Part shown: positions 27,475-36,148 of the stretch, piece by piece | Position numbering within the stretch: position 1 is the first letter of the stretch | Layout of the letters: each line of letters starts with the position of its first letter | Origin: Candidatus Iainarchaeum sp. | Lineage (GTDB): Archaea; Iainarchaeota; Iainarchaeia; Iainarchaeales; UBA10191 | DNA length: 64,000 bases | Assembly (NCBI GenBank): GCA_030649735.1 | Contig: JAUSFL010000023.1 | Span: 15,698 to 79,697 of the forward strand | Reading direction: 5' to 3' | The notes under the pieces: generated by a model | Seen by the model: the letters and a program-made list of their open reading frames with translations, nothing else | Told to the model about the DNA's origin: nothing | Database searches by the model: none | Program-made: the position numbers and the translations under genes

Positions 27475-28278
27475 TTTCTTGAATGCTTTTTCAATTTCGG
27501 CAATTAACTTAGTTATTGGCTGGGAATTCTCGAATATTTGGTCATAAATTTCTGAAAAATCCTTTAATCCTTTAATGCAAATCCAACAGCTTGAATGCAT
27601 ATTGGATGGAAGAGTAAATCCAAGCATTAATTCTTTTTCTGTTATTGCCATTGAATTAATGCTTCTTAAGGGGGCATATCTCAATTCCATGTTTTCTAAT
27701 TTGGAGAGTTTTTTCAGGTTTTCAAATGCTTGCTTGTCCTTTTTTTCTATTATTGTGGATTTTGTCAAATCCCCAGCAATCAAGTATTTGACAAAAATTT
27801 CGTTTTTTTCTATTTTAGCTATCAAAGCATCCAAATATTTGCCCATATCCGGTTCAAAATAACGTTCACTCTCAAAAATAAGCCCCGGAGTTTTCGAGCT
27901 AAGCTTTATGTTTTTTGCTTTGCTTATAATTTTACAAAGATGATTCCAACTTTCCTTTCGATTAAAGAATATTTTTGCATTGACCCAGTCTTTGCATTCT
28001 TTTCCTGACTCGTAATTTTCTAAAACTCTTCTAGTAAAGGCATTTATTTCTTTGAGCCAAATTGGGTTTAAACTATATTCTCTTTCCTTTTTTGTGATTA
28101 TGCCGTCATCCAAAAGCACAGTTAAACACTTGTGAATGGCTTGATATGACAGATTTCTTCCAAGATTCCTTTGAACTTTATGGTAAACTTCTTTTGCATT
28201 CAAAGGCCATTCTTCAGAAAGAACCGCAATTATGTTTTTACTAACTGATTCTTTTTGCATCAAGAAACTTAAAACCAT
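27466..28278 (-). CDS. winged-helix transcriptional regulator candidate, divergent from idi and tail-to-tail with ipk
   Basis: N-terminal wHTH-like region (NAKEVYHKVQRNLGRNLSYQAIHKCLTVLLDDGIITKKEREYSLNP) plus a ~180-aa C-terminal domain of unknown function. Confidence 0.5.
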   Translation of the reverse strand: MVLSFLMQKESVSKNIIAVLSEEWPLNAKEVYHKVQRNLGRNLSYQAIHKCLTVLLDDGIITKKEREYSLNPIWLKEINAFTRRVLENYESGKECKDWVNAKIFFNRKESWNHLCKIISKAKNIKLSSKTPGLIFESERYFEPDMGKYLDALIAKIEKNEIFVKYLIAGDLTKSTIIEKKDKQAFENLKKLSKLENMELRYAPLRSINSMAITEKELMLGFTLPSNMHSSCWICIKGLKDFSEIYDQIFENSQPITKLIAEIEKAFKKSK

Positions 28279-28359
28279 AAAATACTCAAGGGTAATAAGC
28301 TTAAAATTAGAGAACTCTGATTTAAATACTATAAATTTAGTGGAATATTCAAATTAGGG

Positions 28360-28456
28360 TTAAAATGCCTTTAAACTAATTAACCTTTAAAACCTCTAAA
28401 AAGGTTTTAAAGTTTCAAAAACAAGCCAAATTTTTGAAACCTTTAAAAACTCCTTT
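28360..28456. promoter_or_regulatory. intergenic region with repeated CCTTTAAA(A)C elements including a 10-bp inverted repeat
   Basis: Inverted repeat CTTTAAAACC (28385-28394) / GGTTTTAAAG (28403-28412) with an 8-nt spacer. Further copies at 28368-28376 and 28440-28450. Candidate operator and/or TATA elements of the divergent promoters. Confidence 0.5.
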
Positions 28457-28471
28457 TTGGATAGTTTTATC

Positions 28472-29527
28472 ATGGCTTTAAAAAAGAAGGAAATCCAGAC
28501 TGTTTCTCGAAAGAGAGAGCACATTGACATTTCGTTAAAGCATGACGTGCAGTTCAAGAAAAAGACCACTGGCTTTGAGGATGTAGAGCTGGAGTACTTG
28601 GCTTTGCCTGAATTGGATTTTAAGGAAATTGACACTTCAACAAAGTTTTTGGGCTTTAATTTTTCATTCCCACTGTTTGCCAGTTCTATCACTGGCGGCC
28701 ATGCTGATGTTAAGAAAATCAACGAGGAAATAGCAAAGGCCTGCAGCAATGCAGGAATTGGAATGGCTTTGGGAAGCATTCGAGCAATGCTAGAGGACAA
28801 GAAAGTTGCAGATTCTTACAAAGTCCGAAAGTTTTTGCCTAAAGGATTCTTGGCGGGAAATTTAGGAGTTTCCCAATTGAAGGATTATTCTGCACAGCAG
28901 ATTGGAAAAGCGCTTGATGAATTGCAGGCTGACGCGTTGTTCATTCATTTGAACGCTGCCCAAGAGGCATTGCAAAAGGATGGAACTCCAAACTTCAAGA
29001 ACTGCATCAAGCAATTATATGATTTTTGCGAGGCTTTTGAAAAGCCGGTTATTTTGAAGGAAGTGGGTAATGGAATTTCCGGAACCACTGCCGAAATGCT
29101 AAAGGACGTTGAGTTTGAGGCTTTGGATGTTGCGGGCGCTGGCGGGACTTCCTGGACTGCAATTGATTCTTTAAGGGGCAATAAGGAAATTGCGGAAACT
29201 TTTTGGGATTTTGGAACCCCGACTGCAGTGAGCTTGATTCAGGCAAGAATGGTTTTTGATTCCACTCCAATAATCGCTTCTGGAGGAATCCGCTCCGGGC
29301 TTGACGTTGCAAAAGCAATCACTTTAGGCGCTGACTTGGCTGGAACTGCAATGCCTGTACTGCATGCGCAGCACAAGGGTGGAGTGAAGGGAATTGAAGA
29401 ATTGTTCTCAAAAATGCAGAAAGAATTCAGGATTGGAATGTTTTTGACTGGCGCAAAAAAGCCCGAGGAATTAAAGGGCAGAAAGTATTACTTGTTTGGA
29501 AAAACCGCGGAATGGGTCGAGCAATAA
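28472..29527 (+). CDS. fni: type 2 isopentenyl-diphosphate isomerase (FMN-dependent IDI-2)
   Basis: TIM-barrel FMN-oxidoreductase pattern: SSITGGHA, ILKEVGNGIS, ASGGIRSGLDVAKAITLGADL. ATG at 28472. Confidence 0.8.
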   Translation: MALKKKEIQTVSRKREHIDISLKHDVQFKKKTTGFEDVELEYLALPELDFKEIDTSTKFLGFNFSFPLFASSITGGHADVKKINEEIAKACSNAGIGMALGSIRAMLEDKKVADSYKVRKFLPKGFLAGNLGVSQLKDYSAQQIGKALDELQADALFIHLNAAQEALQKDGTPNFKNCIKQLYDFCEAFEKPVILKEVGNGISGTTAEMLKDVEFEALDVAGAGGTSWTAIDSLRGNKEIAETFWDFGTPTAVSLIQARMVFDSTPIIASGGIRSGLDVAKAITLGADLAGTAMPVLHAQHKGGVKGIEELFSKMQKEFRIGMFLTGAKKPEELKGRKYYLFGKTAEWVEQ

Positions 29528-29992
29528 ATGCCTGCCAGAAAGCCGGCAAAGCCTGGAAGAAAAGAATTGATAAAGCAGATTAGAATGTTTGGCAGCGACG
29601 GCTACACTCCTGCTGGTTTAAGGGCTGAAAGCGCAAGTTTTAGGCAATCTGAGAGTCTTTTCAAGAGAACAGATTATCGCCCAGAGTATGCGGAGAATTC
29701 CAGAAGAGCTGCGATTGCCTCAAGGTTTGCTGCAATGCAAAAGTCAGGGGCTTTGGAACGAATTAAATTAAGGGCTGCTGCCGGAAGAAAAAGCAAGGCT
29801 TCAAGAAAAATGGTAGTTGCAAATATTAAAAGTTTGAGGAAGAAAAGTTATTCTCCGGAAGAATTAAGGGCTGCAAGCAGGCAGCTTAGCGCAAGAGGCC
29901 ATAAGGAACTGGCTTTGGCCACTCGTTTTTCAGCAATGGAAAAGTCCGGCTCTTTGAAGAGATTGAAAAAAAACTCTAAAGCAAGGCGCTAA
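29528..29992 (+). CDS. small basic protein with an internal repeat (RFAAMQKSGALERIKL / RFSAMEKSGSLKRLKK); unknown function
   Basis: Begins MPARKPAKPGRK. Shares the N-terminal motif and the R[FY]A[AS]M motif with two nearby ORFs. Confidence 0.5.
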   Translation: MPARKPAKPGRKELIKQIRMFGSDGYTPAGLRAESASFRQSESLFKRTDYRPEYAENSRRAAIASRFAAMQKSGALERIKLRAAAGRKSKASRKMVVANIKSLRKKSYSPEELRAASRQLSARGHKELALATRFSAMEKSGSLKRLKKNSKARR

Positions 29993-30098
29993 TTTCTTCA
30001 TTTTTCGCTTTTTTCCAAGGGCTTAAATACCAAAAGGCTTTTATTAACTGTAATCAGTAAATAATACAGTTTTGCGTGTTTTTCTAGAGTGATTTTTA

Positions 30099-30860
30099 AT
30101 GGCTGCTGAATCGATTGAATTGCTGGAGCAATTAGGGCTTACAGAATACGAGGCCAAGACTCTTTCCACATTGTTCAGGCTTAAGGAAACAGAGGCTCCG
30201 GAAATCAGCCGCTTGGCCCAGGTTCCAAAAACAAGGGTTTATGATGTATTGGAGCGCTTGACAAAGCGCGGCCTGGTGATTGAAATTTACGGCAGGCCGA
30301 AAAAATACCGCGTTATGGAGCCGGAAACTGTCTTTGAAGAATTGATTAATGGAAAAAAGGCGGAGATTAAAGGCCTTGAGGAAAAGGCAAGGATTGTCAA
30401 AAACTTGTTTGGCAATGTGAAGCTTTCTGAAGAAGAGTCCGGGGAAAAAGTCATGAAAGTCAAGGACAAGAATGACTTTTTGCGGATTCTCGCGCAAGAA
30501 ATTGATTCCGCAAAAAGCGAGGTTGTGGCTTTCTCAAAGCTTGACGAAAACCAGGCAATCTTGAAGGAAGCATTGCATAATGCCTTGGAAAGGAATGTTA
30601 ACGTGAAAATGCTTTCAAAAGTCCCAAAGTCTTTAAGCGCTGAGGCAAAGCTTTTTTCAAAGAATGGAATGTCCTTGAGAGACCATGATCATGGAATGAA
30701 CGCTTACATCATTGATGGAAAAAAAGTCATTTTGGCATTGAGCGATTTTTCAAAGGAAAAGCCAGAATACCATTTTACTATCTGGAACAACCACAAGCCA
30801 ATGGTCAACACAATCCAGAAATACTTTGACCACTGCTGGGCCCAAGGCAAAGATGTTTGA
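30099..30860 (+). CDS. TrmB-family transcriptional regulator
   Basis: N-terminal TrmB HTH (LGLTEYEAKTLSTLFRLKETEAPEISRLAQVPKTRVYDVLERLTKRGLV) plus a C-terminal effector domain. Confidence 0.75.
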   Translation: MAAESIELLEQLGLTEYEAKTLSTLFRLKETEAPEISRLAQVPKTRVYDVLERLTKRGLVIEIYGRPKKYRVMEPETVFEELINGKKAEIKGLEEKARIVKNLFGNVKLSEEESGEKVMKVKDKNDFLRILAQEIDSAKSEVVAFSKLDENQAILKEALHNALERNVNVKMLSKVPKSLSAEAKLFSKNGMSLRDHDHGMNAYIIDGKKVILALSDFSKEKPEYHFTIWNNHKPMVNTIQKYFDHCWAQGKDV

Positions 30861-31084
30861 AAATGCCCGCCAGAAAAACTCCTTTTTTGAAAAGAAAGAA
30901 CAACAAGCGCGTTGTTCTAAGGCATGCTGAATTCTTCCAAACAAGGCTGCGCGAGGACAACTTGTTTTTTGGAAAAATGGTTCTGGACGCGTCAAAGGCT
31001 GCAACGGGTAAAAAAAAGTCTTCTTTGCGCAGGATTGCGATTGCAAGGCGTTATGCCTCAATGCTGCAAGGGAAAAAGCAGTGA
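30857..31084 (+). CDS. small basic protein, paralogous to the N- and C-terminal motifs of 29528..29992
   Basis: MKMPARKTPFLKRK...IAIARRYASMLQGKK repeats the MPARK and RxA[AS]M motifs. Confidence 0.4.
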   Translation: MKMPARKTPFLKRKNNKRVVLRHAEFFQTRLREDNLFFGKMVLDASKAATGKKKSSLRRIAIARRYASMLQGKKQ

Positions 31085-31140
31085 TTAAGTCCGGCAAAGC
31101 CGCAATCTAATTTATTAATTCTCAAGCGCTATTTTTTTGC

Positions 31141-31842
31141 ATGCCTGCAAAAAAGCCAAGGCTTTCCAATACTAGGAATTTTTTGAAGAAAATGCCGCAG
31201 CTTGCATTTCGCGGAACAACGCTAGACCATATTCCTCAAGAAATACATTATGGAAAAAAGCGCGTTGAGGGAATTCCTCACTTTTTCATTACTACTGAAG
31301 ACTTGTTTCATGGAAAGACAAGAAACATTGTGCACAGGCTTTACTCCACTGTTGCAGAGTCAATGAACAGCGCGTTCCATTATTCTGGAGCGAAAATTGG
31401 GTTTGAAAACCATTCTTTGACTGTTTCAAAGCCGTCAAAAACTCCAGTCGTTCTTTTGGTAGTCAATCCAAGGAAAGGCAAGGGAGCTCATGTTGAAAGC
31501 TGGAATTTTCCTGAAGAAAGAAGGGCTTTTTCCACAACTAATATTGCCACTGTGAAAAAAGCTAAAGACAACAGAATCCTTAATGTTACTGAAATTCCGC
31601 AGTTTGGAAAGAACGCGAAAGTCTTGCCCATTGAAATTTCAGAAAAAGACTTTGCCGACGCGAATAAAGCTTGGGAAGCTTACAGGCAGAAAAACATTGA
31701 ATTGTTCAGCAAAGGCTATGCTGAAGGCCACAGTGCCATCAATTTTGCCTACAATTTTTTGATAAGGCGTGTGACGCAAAAGGCATTGCCTTTAATCAGG
31801 CAGAATGCAATGTTTGGGCGGGCAGTTAGGAAAAAGCCTTAA
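31141..31842 (+). CDS. hypothetical protein beginning MPAKKP (possible third member of the MPA[RK]K family)
   Basis: 233-aa ORF. Its N-terminus MPAKKPRLSNTRNFLKK resembles the other two. No other motif recognised. Confidence 0.45.
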   Translation: MPAKKPRLSNTRNFLKKMPQLAFRGTTLDHIPQEIHYGKKRVEGIPHFFITTEDLFHGKTRNIVHRLYSTVAESMNSAFHYSGAKIGFENHSLTVSKPSKTPVVLLVVNPRKGKGAHVESWNFPEERRAFSTTNIATVKKAKDNRILNVTEIPQFGKNAKVLPIEISEKDFADANKAWEAYRQKNIELFSKGYAEGHSAINFAYNFLIRRVTQKALPLIRQNAMFGRAVRKKP

Positions 31843-31887
31843 ATGCCTTTCACCTTTAATTTAATTGATTGAGTTTTAGTGGTAATT

Positions 31888-33597
31888 ATGGGATTTGAGG
31901 ATGTTGCTTACAGGTATGCCATAAAGAATGCCTTTTTGCATGCTGGAAAGGCAGACCTTGCGGCAGTTGTTGGAAAAGTCATTGCGTTAAAAAAAGACCT
32001 GGATTTTGTCTCTGCAATGCCGCGAATTAAGGAAATTGTCGCGCAAGTGAATGCAATGTCTTTTGAGCAAATCAAGGAAGAGTATGAAAAGTTTTCTGAA
32101 ACAGGCTACGAGCTAAAGCCAAAAGACAAGGAAGAAGGCCTTCCACCTTTAGACTGGGCAGAGAAAGGCGAGGAATTGGTTGCAAGAATTGCGCCAAACC
32201 CTTCAAGTGTAATGCACTTGGGGCATGCGAGGCAAGTTATTCCAAACTATTACTATGTTGAAAAATATGGCGGAAAATTCATTTTGCGTTTTGACGACAC
32301 TGACCCTAAAGTGAAAAGGCCAATGCCAATGCAAGAGGCAAAAAAATGCTATCTTGAAGATTTGGAATGGCTTGGAGTGAAGAAAATTTCAACAATATTC
32401 TTTGCATCAGATAGGATTGAAAGATATCACGAGATTATTGGAAAGCTTTTTGAAATGGGAAAAGCATATGTTTGTGACTGCGAGCCTGAAAAATGGCGTG
32501 AACTAACTAAAAACTCCAAGGCTTGTCCTTGCCGCGAGCTTTCAGTGGAAGACCAGATTGCAAAATGGAAGAAAATGCTTTCCCACGAGTTTAAGGAAGG
32601 CCAAGTTGTTGCAAGAGTTAAGACTGACTTGAATGACAAGGACCCGAGCATTAGGGACTGGTGGCTTGCAAAAATTGTTGACAATCCAGACCACCCAAAT
32701 CCCGTAACCAAGGGAGTTCATGTTTGGCCGTCTTATAATTTAGCTTCAGTGGTTGATGACCATGATTTTGGAGTCACTTTAATCATTCGCGGACAAGAGC
32801 ACGCGCAAAACGCAACAAAGCAAAAATGGGTTGCTGATTATTTTGGCTGGGTTTACCCGCACACTATCACGACTGGTAGAATAAGGCTTGAAGGCTCTTT
32901 AATGAGCAAGAGCAAAATCAAGGCGGCAATTGAAGCCGGAGAGCTTTCCGGAGTTGATGATCCAAGGGTTGGAACAATCCAGACTTTGCGCAGGCGTGGG
33001 ATTACTCCAGAGTCTTTGCAGAAAGTAATTTTGAATTTGGGAATTAATCCTAATGATTCAGTAATTAGTGTTGACGCTTTGTATGACGCGAATCGCAAAA
33101 TCATTGATCCAATTTCTGACAGAGTAAGCTTTGTTGAAGATCCAATTCAATTGGACGTGCAGTTTTCTCCAAGGTTTGAGGTTAAAGTTCCAATCCATCC
33201 TGACTTTCCAGAACGCGGGGAAAAAGTTTTTGCGCTTTCTGAAGGCAGCCAAATTTTCACTGTCTCTAAAAAAGAGCTTGAAAAGCTCAAGGTTGGAGAG
33301 ACTTTCCGCTTGAGGAATGCGTACAATGCAAAGCTTGTTGACTTGAAAGACAAGGTGGCTTTTGCGCATTTCACTGGCTTTGAAAAGATCAACAAGATAG
33401 TTCTTGTCTGGCTTTTGCCTGAAGAATTGGTTGATGCTGAAGTGACAATGGATGATGCTGAAAAAGTTGAAGGCGTTGCTGAATCTTTCATTCTGGAAAA
33501 GAAAGCCGGCGACCGCGTGCTTTTGGAAAAGTTTGGCTATTGCATTGTTGACGAATGCTCGAAAAAGCTTGTGAAGCTTTGGTATTCGCACAAATAG
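31888..33597 (+). CDS. gltX: glutamyl-tRNA synthetase (archaeal/eukaryal type)
   Basis: HIGH-class motif (SVMHLGHAR) and KMSKS-like motif (LMSKSK). About 570 aa. Confidence 0.85.
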   Translation: MGFEDVAYRYAIKNAFLHAGKADLAAVVGKVIALKKDLDFVSAMPRIKEIVAQVNAMSFEQIKEEYEKFSETGYELKPKDKEEGLPPLDWAEKGEELVARIAPNPSSVMHLGHARQVIPNYYYVEKYGGKFILRFDDTDPKVKRPMPMQEAKKCYLEDLEWLGVKKISTIFFASDRIERYHEIIGKLFEMGKAYVCDCEPEKWRELTKNSKACPCRELSVEDQIAKWKKMLSHEFKEGQVVARVKTDLNDKDPSIRDWWLAKIVDNPDHPNPVTKGVHVWPSYNLASVVDDHDFGVTLIIRGQEHAQNATKQKWVADYFGWVYPHTITTGRIRLEGSLMSKSKIKAAIEAGELSGVDDPRVGTIQTLRRRGITPESLQKVILNLGINPNDSVISVDALYDANRKIIDPISDRVSFVEDPIQLDVQFSPRFEVKVPIHPDFPERGEKVFALSEGSQIFTVSKKELEKLKVGETFRLRNAYNAKLVDLKDKVAFAHFTGFEKINKIVLVWLLPEELVDAEVTMDDAEKVEGVAESFILEKKAGDRVLLEKFGYCIVDECSKKLVKLWYSHK

Positions 33598-33734
33598 AGT
33601 TAGGCACTACATGTTTTGAACTCTTGAAAGGAAAACGCTTTCTTTTTTAAAGATTCCCTCGCAAGAGTATTGTATTAATTTAGTTTTAAGCCAATGAAAA
33701 AAGCCCTATTTGCGGCTTTAAGAGGTGATTTAAA

Positions 33735-34097
33735 ATGGCTAATTTTGGTTTTGAAGTCCCGAAAGAATTGCAGGAAAAGCAACTGCAGTTTTTGGAAAAA
33801 ATCCACAAGGGCGGGAAAATAAAAGTCGGAGTCAATGAAACAACCAAAATGGTTGAGCGCGGAACAGCAAAATTAGTCATTGTCGCAAAAGACGTTTCGC
33901 CTGCAGAATTGGTAATGCACTTGCCTTTAATCTGCAAGGAAAAGAACATTCCGTGCACTTTTGTCGACACTAAGAAAGAGCTTGGCGAAAGAGCAGGCAT
34001 TGGAGTGGGCACTTCAGCAATTGCTGTTGTTGACGAAGGCGAAGCAAAAAAAGACCTTGAAGACATTGTCAAGAAAGTCAAGGAATTGGCAAAGTAG
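33735..34097 (+). CDS. rpl7ae: ribosomal protein L7Ae
   Basis: KGGKIKVGVNETTKMVERGTAKLVIVAKDVSP...IPCTFVDTKKELGERAG matches L7Ae/L30e. Confidence 0.9.
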   Translation: MANFGFEVPKELQEKQLQFLEKIHKGGKIKVGVNETTKMVERGTAKLVIVAKDVSPAELVMHLPLICKEKNIPCTFVDTKKELGERAGIGVGTSAIAVVDEGEAKKDLEDIVKKVKELAK

Positions 34098-34101
34098 GTG
34101 A

Positions 34102-34317
34102 ATGTTTATGGCAGAGCAGGGAACTCCGGCAGAAATTGTTGAAATTGTAAAAAGAACTGGCGCTAATGGAGAAATCATCCAAGTCCTTTGCAGGATTCTT
34201 GAAGGCGAGGAAAAAGGCCGAATCAAAAGGCGAAACGTTAAGGGAAACTGCAAGGTCGGCGACGTTCTTATTTTGCTAAGCGCTGAAAGAGAAGCCAAGG
34301 AAATCAGGGCAAGGTAA
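34102..34317 (+). CDS. rps28e: ribosomal protein S28e
   Basis: AEIVEIVKRTGANGEIIQVLCRILEGEEKGRIKRRNVKG...GDVLIL is the S28e signature. Confidence 0.9.
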   Translation: MFMAEQGTPAEIVEIVKRTGANGEIIQVLCRILEGEEKGRIKRRNVKGNCKVGDVLILLSAEREAKEIRAR

Positions 34318-34331
34318 AAGGGTGTGCTTTA

Positions 34332-34541
34332 ATGAACTGTACTTTTTGCGGTAAAGAAATCCTTAAAGGGACTGGAAAAATTTTCGTGACCAAAGAAGGC
34401 AATGTCAGCTATTTTTGCGCCCAAAAGTGCGAAAAGAATTCCTTAAAGCTGGGAAGGAAAAAGGAAAAAGTCAAGTGGACTGCGGCCTACCAGAAGGAAA
34501 AGAAAGTAAGGCTTATTGCACTGCACAAGAAAGAAAAGTGA
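34332..34541 (+). CDS. rpl24e: ribosomal protein L24e
   Basis: CTFCGKEILKGTGKIFVTKEGNVSYFCAQKC zinc-binding L24e motif. Confidence 0.9.
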   Translation: MNCTFCGKEILKGTGKIFVTKEGNVSYFCAQKCEKNSLKLGRKKEKVKWTAAYQKEKKVRLIALHKKEK

Positions 34542-34549
34542 AATTCTGA

Positions 34550-35041
34550 ATGATTGAAAAAACTCTCGTGCTTTTGAAGCCTGATGCTGTCCAAAGAAGC
34601 CTTGCTGGGGAAATCATTTCACGGTTTGAGAGAGCCGGCTTGAAAATCATTGGAATGAAGCTGGTTCACATTGACAAGGAATTTGCAAGAAAGCATTACA
34701 CTGAAGATGTTGCGAAAAGGCGCGGCGAGCAAGTGAGGAACTGGCTTATAGAATATATTACTGAAGGCCCTGTTGTTGCATTGGTTTTGGAAGGCGTTGA
34801 CGCAATAGACCATGTGAGGAAATTGACTGGGGTTACAGAGCCTAAAAGCGCTGCTCCTGGAACAATCCGCGGAGATTACGCGCACATGAGCTATGGGCAT
34901 GCTGACGAAAAGAAAATTCCCATAAAAAATCTCGTTCATGCCTCGGGAAACAAGGAAGACGCTGAATTTGAAGTTCCATTATGGTTTTCTGAAAGCGAAT
35001 TGTTTGATTACAAGACAGTGCATCAGCACTTGACGCAATAA
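34550..35041 (+). CDS. ndk: nucleoside diphosphate kinase
   Basis: EKTLVLLKPDAVQR...NLVHASG (active-site His region). Classic L7Ae-S28e-L24e-ndk arrangement. Confidence 0.85.
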   Translation: MIEKTLVLLKPDAVQRSLAGEIISRFERAGLKIIGMKLVHIDKEFARKHYTEDVAKRRGEQVRNWLIEYITEGPVVALVLEGVDAIDHVRKLTGVTEPKSAAPGTIRGDYAHMSYGHADEKKIPIKNLVHASGNKEDAEFEVPLWFSESELFDYKTVHQHLTQ

Positions 35042-35062
35042 TTTTTCCCGCGTTTTCTAATT

Positions 35063-35515
35063 TTACTGTTTTTCCCAAGGGTAAACTATCCAAGCGCTGG
35101 TTTCTTCCATGAAGTAGTCTGGCTTGTGCATTGAGCCTGGCTTTTTGTGCAGTACTGCGGTCTTGATTGATTTTGGCTTTTGCCTTTTGAGGATTTTTTT
35201 TATCAATTCCAGGCTTTCTCCGGAGTCTGCGACTTCATCAATGACTAAAACCCTTTTTCCCGTGCAGAGTTTTTTTGGAATGTCCTGCTGGAAAACAAGT
35301 TCTGCCTTTTGGTGCTTTAAGTCCTTGTAGTGGATGCATTTTACAGCGTACAATTCCTTGTTGTCGAGCTCGTGGGAAATTATCAATGCGGGAAAAAGCC
35401 CTCCGCGAATCACTGCAACCAAAATTTGAGGCCTGAATTTTGAATTAATCACTTTCCAGGCCAATTGCCTTGAGAGCGAGTCAGTCGCTTTCCAGTTGTA
35501 AAATTGCTTTTCCAT
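35063..35515 (-). CDS. type I phosphoribosyltransferase (purine PRTase-like)
   Basis: PRPP-binding motif VLVIDEVADSGESL. About 150 aa. Confidence 0.7.
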   Translation of the reverse strand: MEKQFYNWKATDSLSRQLAWKVINSKFRPQILVAVIRGGLFPALIISHELDNKELYAVKCIHYKDLKHQKAELVFQQDIPKKLCTGKRVLVIDEVADSGESLELIKKILKRQKPKSIKTAVLHKKPGSMHKPDYFMEETSAWIVYPWEKQ

Positions 35516-35612
35516 AATTACTTAACTTTTCAGGCTTTTTAAATGATTTCCTTTAAGGCGCCTGGAAAAGGCATTGTTTTATTATGGGTTTTTCCCAAAT
35601 TCAATTTAACTT

Positions 35613-36134
35613 ATGACTATTGAAGAAAAACCAAGGCCCGCGGTTCCTGACTGCAAGAGAATTTCCTGGGATGAATACTTTATGGAAATTGCCCGTGCTT
35701 CTGCAAAGCGCGCTTCCTGCTTCAAAAAGCAGGCCGGCGCAGTGATTGTGAAAAACAAGCAGATTCTTTCAACTGGATTTAATGGCGCTCCGCGCGGAGT
35801 CAAGGACTGCTTTGAAAAAGGCGAGTGCATGCGCCAGAAGGACAATGTTCCTTCAGGAACCCGCTTGGAGTATTGCATGGCAACCCATGCAGAGCAGAAT
35901 GCAATTGTTCAGGCAGCGCGTTCTGGAGTTTCAATAGATAATTCAGCGCTTTACACTACTGTCCAGCCTTGCGTTTTGTGCGCAAAGGTAATCATTAATG
36001 CTGGAATTAAGGAAGTTGTTTTTGAAATTCCCCAAAAAGACTTCAACAAAAAGCAGCCATTGCCTGAGTCAGACTTGCTTGCCGCTTCTCTTTTGGAAGA
36101 GGCCGGCGTCAAGGTAAGGCAGTGGAAAAAGTAA
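35613..36134 (+). CDS. dCMP deaminase (cytidine/deoxycytidylate deaminase family)
   Basis: Zinc motifs HAEQNA and PCVLCAK (H-A-E ... P-C-x-x-C). Confidence 0.8.
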   Translation: MTIEEKPRPAVPDCKRISWDEYFMEIARASAKRASCFKKQAGAVIVKNKQILSTGFNGAPRGVKDCFEKGECMRQKDNVPSGTRLEYCMATHAEQNAIVQAARSGVSIDNSALYTTVQPCVLCAKVIINAGIKEVVFEIPQKDFNKKQPLPESDLLAASLLEEAGVKVRQWKK

Positions 36135-36148
36135 TCCTGGTTTTTTTT

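Noticed and set aside
33058-33591. 177-aa minus-strand ORF
   Set aside because: Antisense to the GluRS gene. No motifs.
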